Positions 1 through 11,752 of a DNA stretch of 64,000 bases are shown here, piece after piece. The DNA lies in NCBI GenBank assembly GCA_002269645.1, contig NIVC01001071.1, forward strand, positions 1 to 64,000, in the 5' to 3' direction. The translations under genes were made by a program, and so were the position numbers. This DNA is from Macrostomum lignano. Its lineage: Eukaryota. The notes under the pieces are model-generated. The model had not been told where the DNA came from. It saw only the letters and a list, made by a program, of their open reading frames with translations, and made no database searches. Numbering within the stretch: the stretch's first letter is position 1; each line of letters begins with the position of its first letter.

Positions 1-899
1 AAAACTGTCTAAACTAGTAATAACAAAAGATAGTAAGGTTTGCTAGCTAACAAAAAGTCAATCAGTGAAAAATTTTGATACTGAAATATTTGCAATTTAG
101 TGGTTTGAAAAAAAACTATTTTAGTCTACCTTTGATGGTTTATGATGCATAAAAGTTCTAAAACAAAATTTAGATAAATTATGCAGTCAACTAGTCTAAC
201 ATCTAGCATCTAGTTTAACAAAGATTTCTTTGAATGATAAAATATTACAAAGTTTACTTCTGACAGTTTTGTATGGCTTTTCCCAGTTTAAGCGCAAAAG
301 AAGATATACCAATTACAAGGGAAATCTCTAGCAAGCCAAGTTTTGAAGCAAATAAAAGAGCTTGCTAAATGGTAATCTTGGCTTATAGATCAATATTTCT
401 TAGTTCATTAGGAAATCCAAAAGTACATAAATAATTATAATGCAGCTTGTCAAGTGCATGCTATCATGCTATCATGGCCAAACTTCATTAAGCAGAGTTT
501 AAAACTGAACAAATTTTCAAAATAGCTTTTAGACACTTTAGATAAGTAAACATTACAAGTTATCTGATTGGTTGTTATTTTTGTCTTTTGATTAAAAAGG
601 CTTGATTTTGGCGTAAGTGTATGTACTAGCCTGTACTCATTGTTTAGTGTACATAATATTTGCCTATTTCTGTATGCATAATAATATTGATAAATAATTT
701 TGTATAGTTCTTACTATGATTTACATGCAAAAAATAGTTAAATAGTAGCCACATTAAACTTAAGCAAAAATAAAAACCATTTTATTTTTGTTTTACTATA
801 TAAAACATTGGCAATAATTACTTTTTGTTATAAATGCATCCCTAGGACCCTATATATATAAGCAAATTTCACCCCAAATAAATCAGTTTTTTTTCTTAC

Positions 900-2330
900 C
901 CAAAACTTGCATTCACATTCTCAGACCTTTAAAAAATCTTTGGAAAGGAGTTATCAGTTAGTTATTCAGTTATAATTTCAAAGTGCTAAGAAATATACTT
1001 AAGACATATAAGCATCCCCTGTGACAAATTGGTGGCATAACAGTAGAATTTATAAAGACAAAGGAAAACACCCCATTACAACTTGGTGTCAACAATGGGA
1101 ATTTTAATAGAGAAGTTACCCCTGCAACATAAGAAGATGTTATATACCTTTACAAACATGCAAGCTAAGGCTGCTTCAACCTAGCATTTACTAGCAAATA
1201 TCATTGCAGATCATGTTAGCTAAGCTGCCTAAAGCTGCTAGGGTTGCACTGCAAAAAAGGCATCAATGAAAATGATCCAAAATGTAAAAAAACTACTTCG
1301 AAAGTGCCTGTTTAGCTAAACAATCTAATAGACCCAGTGATTCCACCTGAATTTCATGAGCACATGGGTCAATCATTTTTATTCTTTGACTCTAAGCTAG
1401 GTATTAATTGAATTCTAGTATTTAGATACCAAGAAAATTTGTAGGCTCTACTAGAGGCAATCAACTTCTACTTAGATGGCACCTTTGATGCTTTGCTAAC
1501 ACTTTTTGCACAATTGCTAGCTATACATGTGGAGCATCATAGGTTTGTTTAGCCACTTATCTTTCCTTGCTCCCTGGCAAAACCTAAGACAGTTCCTACC
1601 ATTTCTTGAGGTCCCACATCAACTAGCACCAAACATTCAGCATTTTTATACGAGATTTTGATTTGAAAAAGTCCAGATAACTGCCATTTGGTAGATTTTC
1701 AACCTGGAACCAACAAGTTGTCTAATTTCATTTGGGCCAATACATCTATTACAAGGCCATGTCTAGTAGTCTTAAACAAAAATTAGAACAGGTTGATAGT
1801 TTTAACTGTCCTTGTGGCTACACAGCCTGATTGCTTTAGCATTTTTACTTATTGGAGCAATCATAGCCTCATTTGAGACATTTGTTGCACTTCCTTATTT
1901 TTTTACTTAGTTACAACTAATTCCTTTTTTTGAAAACATTTAGATTGGCAAAATACTTTAAGATGGAAATAAGTGGCTACCAATTTTCTCATTTCTATCT
2001 AGAATATATGGCAGAGGACTCTAGATAGCCAACACTGAGCCAATAACTCAGTTGAGGCTTAGTACCAACATTTTCAATCAGTTGCTACAATGCTTAAATC
2101 CAAATATTTTTTTTAATTGCTTCTGTGTCTGATGGAGTAAGATTACCAAAACTGGCAAATCCAACTTAATATCAATTACAAGTACTATGCAACTTTTGTG
2201 CCATTGCCAACTAACTAGTTGTGAAATATATTATTGTTTTCATATTGACTTTAATGTTAAGATACTTTGGGTATTAATTTAAATAGTTTTGATTACATGA
2301 TAACAACAAAGGGATCACAATGACAGGGAT
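900..2330 (+). pseudogene. Decayed Mutator-like (MULE) DDE transposase
   Basis: Manual translation across stops and frameshifts gives NFYLDGTFD..LFAQLLAIH (~1464-1530, first D), IFSLLPGKT, DFEKVQITAI (second D), CLFHLGQ (CxxH motif, ~1720-1740) and H*ANNSVEA*YQHF (~2033-2075, catalytic E; canonical RTNNxxEGWH). Boundaries approximate; TIRs not resolved. Confidence 0.8.
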
Positions 2331-3235
2331 CCCAATCTAATCAATCAGTTTCAATTTTAATCAATCTATTTCAATAAAAAAATTTAATTAATTAATTATT
2401 TATACAAAAAATTAAAATGTTATTGTTTTTATTTTGTTTACAAACAAAATAAGTATATTTTACTTCTATATACTTTGTTATACTATATATGAATTGGGCC
2501 CTATATGAGCTATACAACTATAATAAACTTGTTAACACAGTTGACAAATAAAAAGTTAACTAGTTTACCCAGATCTACTACCAAAGTGTCTAATTGCTAT
2601 AACTGCCAATTGCAATAATTGCTAATGTCTTGTTACCAAAGTGAATAATAGTAATAGCTATATAGAAATAGAAGTATCTACACTTTTTGGTCCCTATGCT
2701 TTTTGGTGCCTAAATTATATAAATTAGAATTGAACACAAAAATATAGAAATTGAACCCTAATTTAACAATAAGTGCTATGTCTTGGCAATACTTGTTAAC
2801 TTTAAAAAATTAAGTTTATTATTCAGTTTGTTAAGCTGAACTAGTTTTTAAATAAAAAAATGGTTTAGTTTCATTTAATTTTTTCTCTTGATTTGATTTT
2901 TCAAGAAATAAAAAACTAAGATTATGTGATTCAAGAAATCAATACAAAAATAGACTAGTCATATAGATTTCAATCAAAACTGATTTATAGCATTGACAAG
3001 CATTTCGCTACCCATTAACACGCACGCGGGATGCGTGCTATTGTCCATAGAAAAAAAACATTAGTTTAACGAGTTTTTAGATGACCCAAAAATTAATTAT
3101 TAGATGATTAATTTTTTATTTATACGGTTTATAATTGTAAATTATAGACAACAACTACTTATAGCATGAAAATGAGGGGGAAATGTCTAAAGCCATAGTT
3201 TCTCTCGAAGAATTAGTATTTTTGATAGATACGCC

Positions 3236-4140
3236 CTACTCAAACACAGTGTTAATAAAATTGTTGTTGCCGTCAATGCAAACACGCATCTTCTTGGTCG
3301 GACGTACAGGCCTCGATATGAACTGGCCGAGGAACCGGCTCGTCAATTGATTGTGGGGTGGCATTGCAACTGGTGATCCGTCATCACTTGCGTGCAGACA
3401 GTAGAACTGATAGAGCCGCTCGCATTAGCAGAGAAAGACGCCTCATTGGACGGCATTGTGCTTGTGCTTGGAATATGCCGGCTTAGTGCACAGTTCACTG
3501 CCTTGGAACTCCTGAACAGACTGTGGTCCCGGCACCTGGTTAAATTACTTTTGACCGTCTTCTCACATTTCTGACCGGTAATAAGCATTATGTCTTGCAG
3601 CGAATGGCCAGCGGCGTCTAGATCGCACACTCTAGTGACTCTGTGGGAGAATCAAAGGAAAGTAATTTTACATGAACTAGTTAAAACTATTATTTATAAA
3701 TATACTATTTATATACTATTTATATACCATATCGGAAAACGAAATTTACTTACCTAATACAGTGATTATTGTAGACCTTGCTTAGACCGGCCCTCGCACT
3801 AAGTTTCTTCATAAATTCTTGAAGGAATCGATATCCTCGAGTGGTCTTCTCGGAGAAACGGTACGGTTTTAAAGATTGGCCTTGGAGAGGCTTCGGAAAA
3901 AAACGATAGCGAAGCGCAGGGCCTAAACGGGTATATTTATTCAAATATACTGGAGGGGGTGTAAGATAAGACAGGGGGTGGGGTGGAGTCCGCAACCAAG
4001 GAAAGAGGCGAGAACTGAGAGCCAATCAGAAGGCAGCGAGGGAGAGAGATAAATGACATAACAAAATTGAACTAGACAGATTCTACTGAGACTGCATTGT
4101 CTTTCTCGATCATAAACAACTAGCCTATTTGGAAACACTA
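3236..4140 (-). mobile_element. Crypton-type tyrosine recombinase relic with spliceosomal intron(s)
   Basis: ORF 3750-4025 ends FMKKLSARAGLSKVYNNHCIR. A GT-AG intron (3641-3753, phase 2) joins it in frame to VTRVCDLDAAGHSLQDIMLITGQKCEKTVKSNL, matching the Crypton/DUF3504 pattern MK..S..AGLS..Y.NH..R...L..AG....IM..TGH.S..S...Y. A frameshifted tail KKMRVCIDGNNNFINTVFE* ends at 3236. Confidence 0.75.
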
Positions 4141-4152
4141 GTCAATGCACTT

Positions 4153-4245
4153 TTCTGCAGTCGGGATGCATGATATTGGAATAACACGACTTGCGCCTAC
4201 TGGCGCTCGCGTGTTATACCGATATCATGCATCCCGACTGCAGAA
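4153..4245. repeat. ~93-bp imperfect palindrome (long hairpin)
   Basis: Left arm ttctgcagtcgggatgcatgatattggaataacacg is nearly the reverse complement of right arm cgtgttataccgatatcatgcatcccgactgcagaa. Confidence 0.9.
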
Positions 4246-4786
4246 GAATATACCAATATTGACAGATTATAATCTTTACATAACTAAGTTTTTATAATTT
4301 ATAGTATACCTTGCTTGGTATAGCCTTCTATTTGTATATATAAGACATGGCAAATGCATGCAATTAAATTGATCAAATTTTTCAAAATTTAAAAAATATG
4401 CTAGTTTAACAAAATGAATACTGCTTTTATCAGGAAATTTAAACATTTTGTAAATTATTAATTATATTTATTGTAGGATTACTTTTTTATTATTATTTTG
4501 GCATCACTAACTTTGAGGCAATAATGCAATTGAGGCAAGAAGCAGAAGAAAGCTGGGCACCAAAAAGCATAGAAACCTAAATAGATAATATAGTATCTTA
4601 CTATTTATTAAGGCCATAGATAAGCTATAGGCCTACCTATTTATGTTAGCCTAGCCTAGGTAATATAAAAATAGTGATTAAAATAGGCCTAAGCATAAAA
4701 ATCCATGGGCAAAACATATAACAATAGTATAGGCCTAGTTCTTCAGTGAGGGTCTTTTGACTTGCTAAGATAGGCGGCCTACATAG

Positions 4787-5678
4787 TGTAGAAGGGCCTA
4801 TGTTTAAATTAGTATTTTCCCACAAAATCAAATTCCCACCAAAATAACAAATACCGTATAATTTGTTTTAATTCACAAATTTGTTTTATTGAATAATTTT
4901 TGTTTTAGCGAAGTGAATAAATTTGTTTTAATGTTGTAGCACAAACCAATAAAGAAAGACTTTGACTAGTATAAATATAAGGTATACTAAGGTATACTAA
5001 ATATAATATAAGGTATACTATAAATATATTAACAGGAAATTAAGATTTGGTTCTTCTGAATTAGTCCTCTGAAGCAGTATTGCAGACTAAGTTACAGTGT
5101 TGGATAGCAAAGAGCATTTTGCCAGTACAGTGATGAGCAAGGATTGCCAGTAAAGAGGGTGGAATACCCAATGTAAAGGATGGAATACCCAGTGTAGAAG
5201 GGTGGAATACCCAGTGTAGAAGGGTGGAATACCCAGTGTGAAGGTTGGATTACCCAGGAAGGGAGAATTTTCAGGTTGCTCAGATTAGCGTGATGCAGTT
5301 CTAAGTTGTGAGAGACAGTAATAAAAGAAGCTGGAAACCTCTTGGTCTGTAGTAAACGCCGTGTTTGGACTATAGAGTAGGAATTTAGCAGTAGTCAGCA
5401 GTGTTTTACCTCTTGGGCACTGAAGCTACCTAGGGTAATTTGTAGCAACAATAGCCTATAACATAAAAAGTACATGTAAGTTTAGAAATAAGATTCTAGG
5501 AAATAGCAAATTTAGTGCATATTAGTACAGCTAAGTAGGATTAAATAGGCAGAAATAGATATAAACCTGCAACAACTTGGTGACTAATTGGTGGGATCTC
5601 AGTAGGCAGCGATTAGGCCTATAACAACTTTGTGGCATTAGTGGGATTCTGAGAGATAGAGGAAACAGGCCTGCTACA
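4787..5678 (+). repeat. 5' LTR
   Basis: TG...CA termini. Aligns to 13374-14281 with about 50 substitutions (manual count), one replaced block and small indels. Contains ~22-bp tandem repeats (gggtggaatacccagtgtagaa, ~5157-5255). Confidence 0.95.
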
Positions 5679-5681
5679 ACT

Positions 5682-5700
5682 TGGTGGCAGCGGTGGGATT
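5682..5700 (+). promoter_or_regulatory. Primer-binding site, tRNA-Leu type
   Basis: TGGTGGCAGCGGTGGGATT starts 3 nt after the LTR end and is the reverse complement of the eukaryotic tRNA-Leu 3' end (AATCCCACCGCTGCCACCA), recalled from knowledge. Confidence 0.85.
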
Positions 5701-5771
5701 GAGGAACCGGCAAAAATCTAGTATAGTGTTTTAAGTAATTAAAAGTACATTTTAAAAGTACATTAGTTAGG

Positions 5772-6710
5772 ATGGCTACAGGAATTAATGATGCAATGGC
5801 ACTTTTAGCTGAGGAGATTAGGAACAAATTAGAATTAGGACCATTAAGGCATGTGAAGATACAGAAGTTTACACCTAGCCAGGATATTAGGATTTGGCTC
5901 ACTGCTTTCGACCAGAGGTGTGAAGCAGAAGGAATAGAAGTAGAGCATAGGAAGACTAAGCTATTAGCTAACCTAGATCTAGCAACAGCATTTGCTGCAT
6001 TGCAAAGGCTGAATTTGCCTGATGAGCTACCCTATGAGGAGATTAAGGAACGCCTAGTAGAGAGGTTCAGTAGAATAGGTAGTGCATCAGAATTTTGAGA
6101 GGAATTTTGTGGGAGAATGCAGGGTAGGAATGAGACTGCGGAAGCCTATGCCGATGCATTGATTGAGTTGTCCACAAGGGCTTTTCCTAATATGAACGCT
6201 GAACAGCGCGAGGAGGAAGTAGTTGAACAGTTTATTAAGGGGATAAGAATCCCAACAGACACTAGGGAGAAGCTAATTTTTGCGCAGCCAGCTAATCTGC
6301 AGGAGGCTAGGAGAATGTTGCGTAGCATATGTCACACAAAGGAGGTGTGAAGATGGTGAAGGAGGGAGAGGATGAGCAGCAGAAGCTACAGGAGCTGGTG
6401 AGACAGCAGAAGGATGGGCTGGAATAGCAGAGGAAGAGAATTGAAGAGCTCATGGCGTATAAGCCACTGTACAAGCCAGGGCCTCAGCCATGTCCAGCTC
6501 AGATGCCGCGTCAAGCATTCTAGCAGCAGCCGGCATTTCAGCCACAAATTTCAAATATGTATCGGCCCAGGCCAAGGAATGAGTTCATAGGCAAATCATT
6601 TTGTGCTGCAGCCAGGAAAGTGTGCAGTCTGCCAGAATCCGGGACCGATAAGGCCTGGTTTTGACCATCAGTGCCGCCTGTTCCGCAATTGAGGTAATCA
6701 GGGAAACTAA
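5772..6710 (+). pseudogene. gag: Gypsy gag (disrupted)
   Basis: ORFs 5772-6098 and 6117-6350 (IRIWLTAFDQRC...; QGRNETAEAYADALIELSTRAFP...VEQFIKGI), then a frameshifted Q/P-rich segment, a Cys/His motif KCAVCQ...HQC and a terminal NQGN* typical of Gypsy gag. Confidence 0.85.
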
Positions 6711-6779
6711 AGTTTGAAGGTCGAGAGACAAGGCCACGTCCCTCCAGAAAATTTAATTGCAAAATGAAGGCCTCTAAGT

Positions 6780-9700
6780 GTGATTCTCAAGGTTGGCAAA
6801 CTGTCCCCATTCGAAAGAGACATGCGTGATACAACTGTAAATAATGCGTTTAATGCACCTGCATCTGCACCATCTGTATTTTCTGCATCTGCATCTGCCG
6901 CATCGCGATATGTTGTCCCTGCATCTGCTGTTGATGAGTCAGCATCAGCCGATGAGTCCCGAGAAGAAGAAGAAGAACCCGCACTTGAAGCAAGCCAACC
7001 AAAGCCGAAAAAGGTAAGCAAGTGTAAAGTTTTTGTCAAATCTAAGGTAGAACTAGTGAATCATAAAAGTTACGAGGCAATAGTAGTAGGCAATATAGAA
7101 AAACAGGACTTTTATTAGATACGGGTGCCAGAAACAATTTCTTAAGTCAATCAGTGTGGTCAAAACTATTCGAACAAGATCAAATTAGGGAGACGAATAA
7201 GAGAGTTTCCACATTCGATGGAACGAGAGTTCAGTTAGATGGCGAAGTACATACTGCAGTGAAATTTAGAGACTTTGAAATCGAAATTGATTTCCTACTA
7301 TGTAGCCATGAGTGTGATAACATACTCGGAATGGAGTTTTTCCTAGAGCAGTGTGAGAGCATTCATCAAACAAAAGGCATGCTTATCTTGAAAGAGGGAA
7401 TGTGTATTCCTATGCAGTACACCCACCTTCTGGTAAAGGTTTGCCGAGTATATATGCAGGAGAAGGCAGTCATTCCACCAAATAGTGCATTGCGAATCCG
7501 TATGCCTAGCAAAAAATTCTGAATCTAATTATGGAGCTCCAATGACAATTGAGACAATTGGAAATGGTGTGAGAGCAAGAGAAGAGACTCTGGAGATGAA
7601 TCCAACTCTAGTGACTAGCGTGAAGGAGTAGCTATAGTGGAAGTCGTGAACTCGAGTCTAGTAGAAGTTAACTTGCCAAAATCATCGCTAGTAGGTTTAG
7701 CCAAGCCAATGAGAGCTAGAGAACTTACCTATCTAACTAGTGAGAAAAATCAATCAGAGCCAGTTACTGAGCGAGTCGATCAGGCGCAATCTAATGACAA
7801 GTCTTGGATTAGTGAAATTAATATTAGCGAGAACTTAACAAAAGAGAAAAAGGAGAAAGTGATTCAGCACAGTGAAGCCTTTTCGCAAAATGAATTGGAT
7901 ATGGGTCTAACTCAGCTAGTGACACATGAAATTTCATTAAAAGATGAGACGCCTGTGAGGATCCCAACTAGAAGGATTCCCCCTCATCTTTAGAAGCAGG
8001 TAGACACTCAGTTAGATGACATGCTAGCTAAGAACTTAATTTGACCATGCTACTCTACGTACTCAACACCCTTAGTGATTGTACCCAAGAAGGATAATAC
8101 TATTTGCACTGTGAGTGATTTCAGAGTACTAAATTCTAGGGTAAATTATTTCCCATATCTGTTGCCTAATATTCAGGAAACTTTCTTGCATTTGATGGGC
8201 AGTCAGTACTTTAGTAGTCTTGACCTAAATTCTGGTTATTGGCAGGTTCCAATTAAGGAAGAGCACAAACACATGACTGCATTTTCAACTTTAACTAGAG
8301 GGCAATTTGAGTATTAGGTGATGGCGCAAGGCCTATCTAATGCACCAGGCATTTTTCAAAGGCTTATGAATCTTGTATTGGCGGGCATTCAGCACAAATA
8401 TGCCATGTCATACATAGATGACATTGTGACTTATTCGAAATGATTTGAAGAGCATTTAGAGCATTTGAAGGAAGTTTTCCAAAGACTTATTAATGCAGGA
8501 CTAAAGTTGATAGCTAAGAAATGTAATTTATTCCATAGTGAGCTAAAATATTTAGGCCATGTGATTGGGAGAGAAGGAATTAAGACCAACAAGATGAAAA
8601 TAGAAGCTATTAAGAGTTGGCCGAAGCCAAAGGAGGTGAAGGAATTACGAAGCTTATTAGGATTATGTAACTACTATAGTCGCTTTGTCAAAAATTATGC
8701 CAAAGCCGTGTATCCCTTGTTTCAATTGACTCGGAAGGGAGTGCAAAATTTTCAAGCAAAATGGACTAAGGCTCATGATTAGGCATTTGAAGAATTAAAA
8801 AATAGAATGATGTCAACAGAAGTTTTAGCTTATCTGGAGTTTGTAGACGATGAAAATGTTAAATGGTTTTAGACACTGATGCTAGTGATGGACGCATAGG
8901 AGCCTGTTTAGGTCAAATCCAGTCAGGTGGCATCAAGAGGCCTATAGCATATTTCAGTCGTGCTATGAAGGAATTGGAGAAACGGTATCTTTTTACTAGA
9001 AAGGAACTATTAGCTTTAGTAGACGTGATGAAGCATTTTAGGTTTTTTTTAATATGGAAGTGATTCCTAGCGCGCACTGATCATAAAGTAATTATGTGGT
9101 TATAAAAGCAGACAGAAGCTCAAGGAATTCTAGGTCAATGGATAGAATGATTAAATGAGTTCCAGTTTGATATAGAACATAAAAGTGGGGCAAAACATTC
9201 TAACGCAGACAGTTTGTCCAGAAGACCGGCAGAAGAAGGCATGAGTGTCAGGAAAGAAGGTGTGAAAGCCAGTAAATTTATGAATGAAGAAGGCATGAGT
9301 GCCACGAGATAAGGCATGAAAGCCAGTGAATCTGTGAATGAAGATGGTGTGAGTGCCATGAAAGAAGGTGTGAGAGCTGTGGAAAACTGTAGTGAAGGAG
9401 AGATGCAGACTCTGCATCCCACTGATTCAGAATCTAGGATTGGGTCATTAATCTCAAGAGAGAAAGGTGTGAAAGAAACTGATGTGTCAGCACTAAGTTC
9501 AAGCAATATGCAATTGAACCGAGACACTGATCCTGAACACATGAAGAATGATATGCCTAAAGTTAAAAAATTATTGACTGATTATTTGCCAGTACCCTTG
9601 AAAAAGGAACAGATTGTAAAAGCTCAGAGAGAGGACGCAGCAATTTGTACATTAGTTAAATAGAAGCAAGATAAGCTGTCAGTTCCCCCATCTCAAGAGA

Positions 9701-10950
9701 GCAACTCAGCTGAGTTAAAGCAGTTAAGCAAGCATTATGAGAATATGAAGCTAGAAAAGGAAATGCTCATTATTGAAGAAGATCAGAAATGGAAAGTCGT
9801 CTTGCCTAGATCCTTGGATAAGCTAGTTCTTAGCAATCTACATGATAGCCTACTAGCCGGACATTTAGGCAGGGACAAGACAATCCAGTGTGTCAAGGAG
9901 AGATTTTGGAGGCCAGGTTTAGTCACCGCAGTAGAGAAATATGTGGCGGAGTGTATTCCGTGCCTAGAGAGCAAAAGAGGTCATAAGATCCAGGCGCCAG
10001 TACTGTCATTTCCAATCAGTGAACCATTTCATAGATTGCATATAGACATGATTGGGCCAATCTTGAAAGTAAGCAAAAGAGGGCACCAGTATGTTCTAAC
10101 TATAGTGGATAGTAACACGCGATACCCATTTGCATTCCCAATGCGTAATCAGAAAGCAGACATGATTATCAAATTATTACAAGAGAGAGTGTTCAGTGAG
10201 TATGGCCAGTGCCATTGGATTCACACGGACAATGGTAAAGCATTTACTAGCAAGCAGTTTAATTTGTTTTGCGATTTGTATAATGTTAAGCATATATGCA
10301 CGACCCCATACCATGCCCAAAGTAATGGTTTGGTGGAGCGATTTAATAAACAAATTAAATCAATTATTACTTGCTTAATAGAGAAAGACCACAGTGATTG
10401 GGATCTGCTAATCCCAGCAGCATTAGTAGTAGTCAGAACCAGTGTGAACCAGACCACCAGATATTCACCTCATTTTCTATTAATTGGAAGAGAAGCAGTT
10501 TTGCCTATGGATAGTGAGCTCAGGGAGTCAAATAATTACGCTAATTATCCAACGTATGCTGCCGAACACACAAAGAGGCTAGAGAGTGCAAGAAAACTTG
10601 TGAGAGAGAAGTACAAGAAGGTGCATAGCCATAGACAGGAAAATGCAGAAAATCAGAAAAAGCCCAAAAATATCGCACTAGGAAGTCTAGTACTAATAAA
10701 TAATCTGCAATTAGAGAATGAGGAGTCAAATAAGTTTTATAGGAAAAAGAGAGCAGCTTACAAAGTGCTAAAGCAGATTTCGGAGGTTGTCTTCAAGATC
10801 CAGAAGGAAGAAAACAGAGAATTAACAGGCAATAAACTAATAGTGCATAGTGACTACATGACATTAGTACCGAACTCAGCTAGAGAGCCAATAGATAAGG
10901 GAGGCCAGCCCAGTATGCCAACTGCAGAGCTTCAAGATAAGGGAAGCTAG
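6780..10950 (+). pseudogene. pol: Gypsy pol: aspartic protease, reverse transcriptase, RNase H, integrase (disrupted)
   Basis: Protease LLDTGA (~7113-7130, after a frameshift). RT motifs DFRVLN, LDLNSGYWQV, YIDD (~8410-8422). RNase H LDTDAS and RTDH..NADSLSR. Integrase H-H-C-C (LHDSLLAGH...CIPC) and D,D35E (HIDMIGP, HTDNGKAF, GLVERFNK) in intact ORF 9745-10950. Confidence 0.95.
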
Positions 10951-11460
10951 GCGGCAGAGGCAATTTGCAAGGGAAGCCAGTCCAAGAAGACGACAAGAGC
11001 TAGACCAACTAAGAAGCTATGTGAACAAAAGAAGAGTCATCATCAGATGAAGAAGACCAAATCAAATGGCAGTGCAAAATCCGTGATGGAAATGAATCTG
11101 TAAGAGGAAGCGATTTAGAGATAGGAGCAGAAGTAGAAGTTAGGGAGGAAAGAAGTGAAGGAGAGAATACACAGCGTGAGAGCTTAGAGGAAGAAAGTGA
11201 GGAAAGTGAGAAGGGAGAAGAATCAGAGCTTGAGCACAAGGGAGAGAGAGAAAGTGAGGAGGAGGTTGCACGCGAGCACAGTGAGTCAAAGGAGGAGATA
11301 TCACATGCCAAGCAGAGTGAGAGACAGGATGACGCAATACTAGCTAAAGGTATAACAGGCGCAGTCAGATTAAGCCCCCAAACAGATGTCAGTGCTATCT
11401 GAAAAGGCTAATCTCTGTGTGGAGCCTATTATAGGGACTAAAATTTTGAGTCAGGGGAGA

Positions 11461-11690
11461 ATTGGCAGCGAGGGTAAGGCACAGAGCAAACAAACAAGTG
11501 GGATTTCATTGGGTAAGGGAATGAAATCAGAGCAGCCAATTAAAATCCAGCTATTGGGAAGGCCAGGAGTGGTCAACTGGGAAATCGGGGCAATCAGCCA
11601 ATGAAAATTCAGCTTTTGATTAAATGAATTGATGGGCAAATTAAAACAAACAACGCCTAGGGTGGGGTGCCACGCCTATATAAACAAACA
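11461..11690 (+). promoter_or_regulatory. Putative internal Pol II promoter (CCAAT boxes + TATA)
   Basis: CCAAT at 11536 and 11598, reverse ATTGG at 11461, 11508 and 11553, and TATATAAA at 11677-11684, ~70 bp upstream of the extra ORF. Confidence 0.45.
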
Positions 11691-11752
11691 CCCAGAGGTG
11701 AGAGGAAGTCAATTATAGTCATGTTGACAGCTAGTAACCGTTTTGGTATTGA

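Noticed and set aside
5682-5700. tRNA-Leu gene
   Set aside because: Only 19 nt complementary to the tRNA 3' end including CCA, located just after an LTR; this is a PBS, not a tRNA gene.
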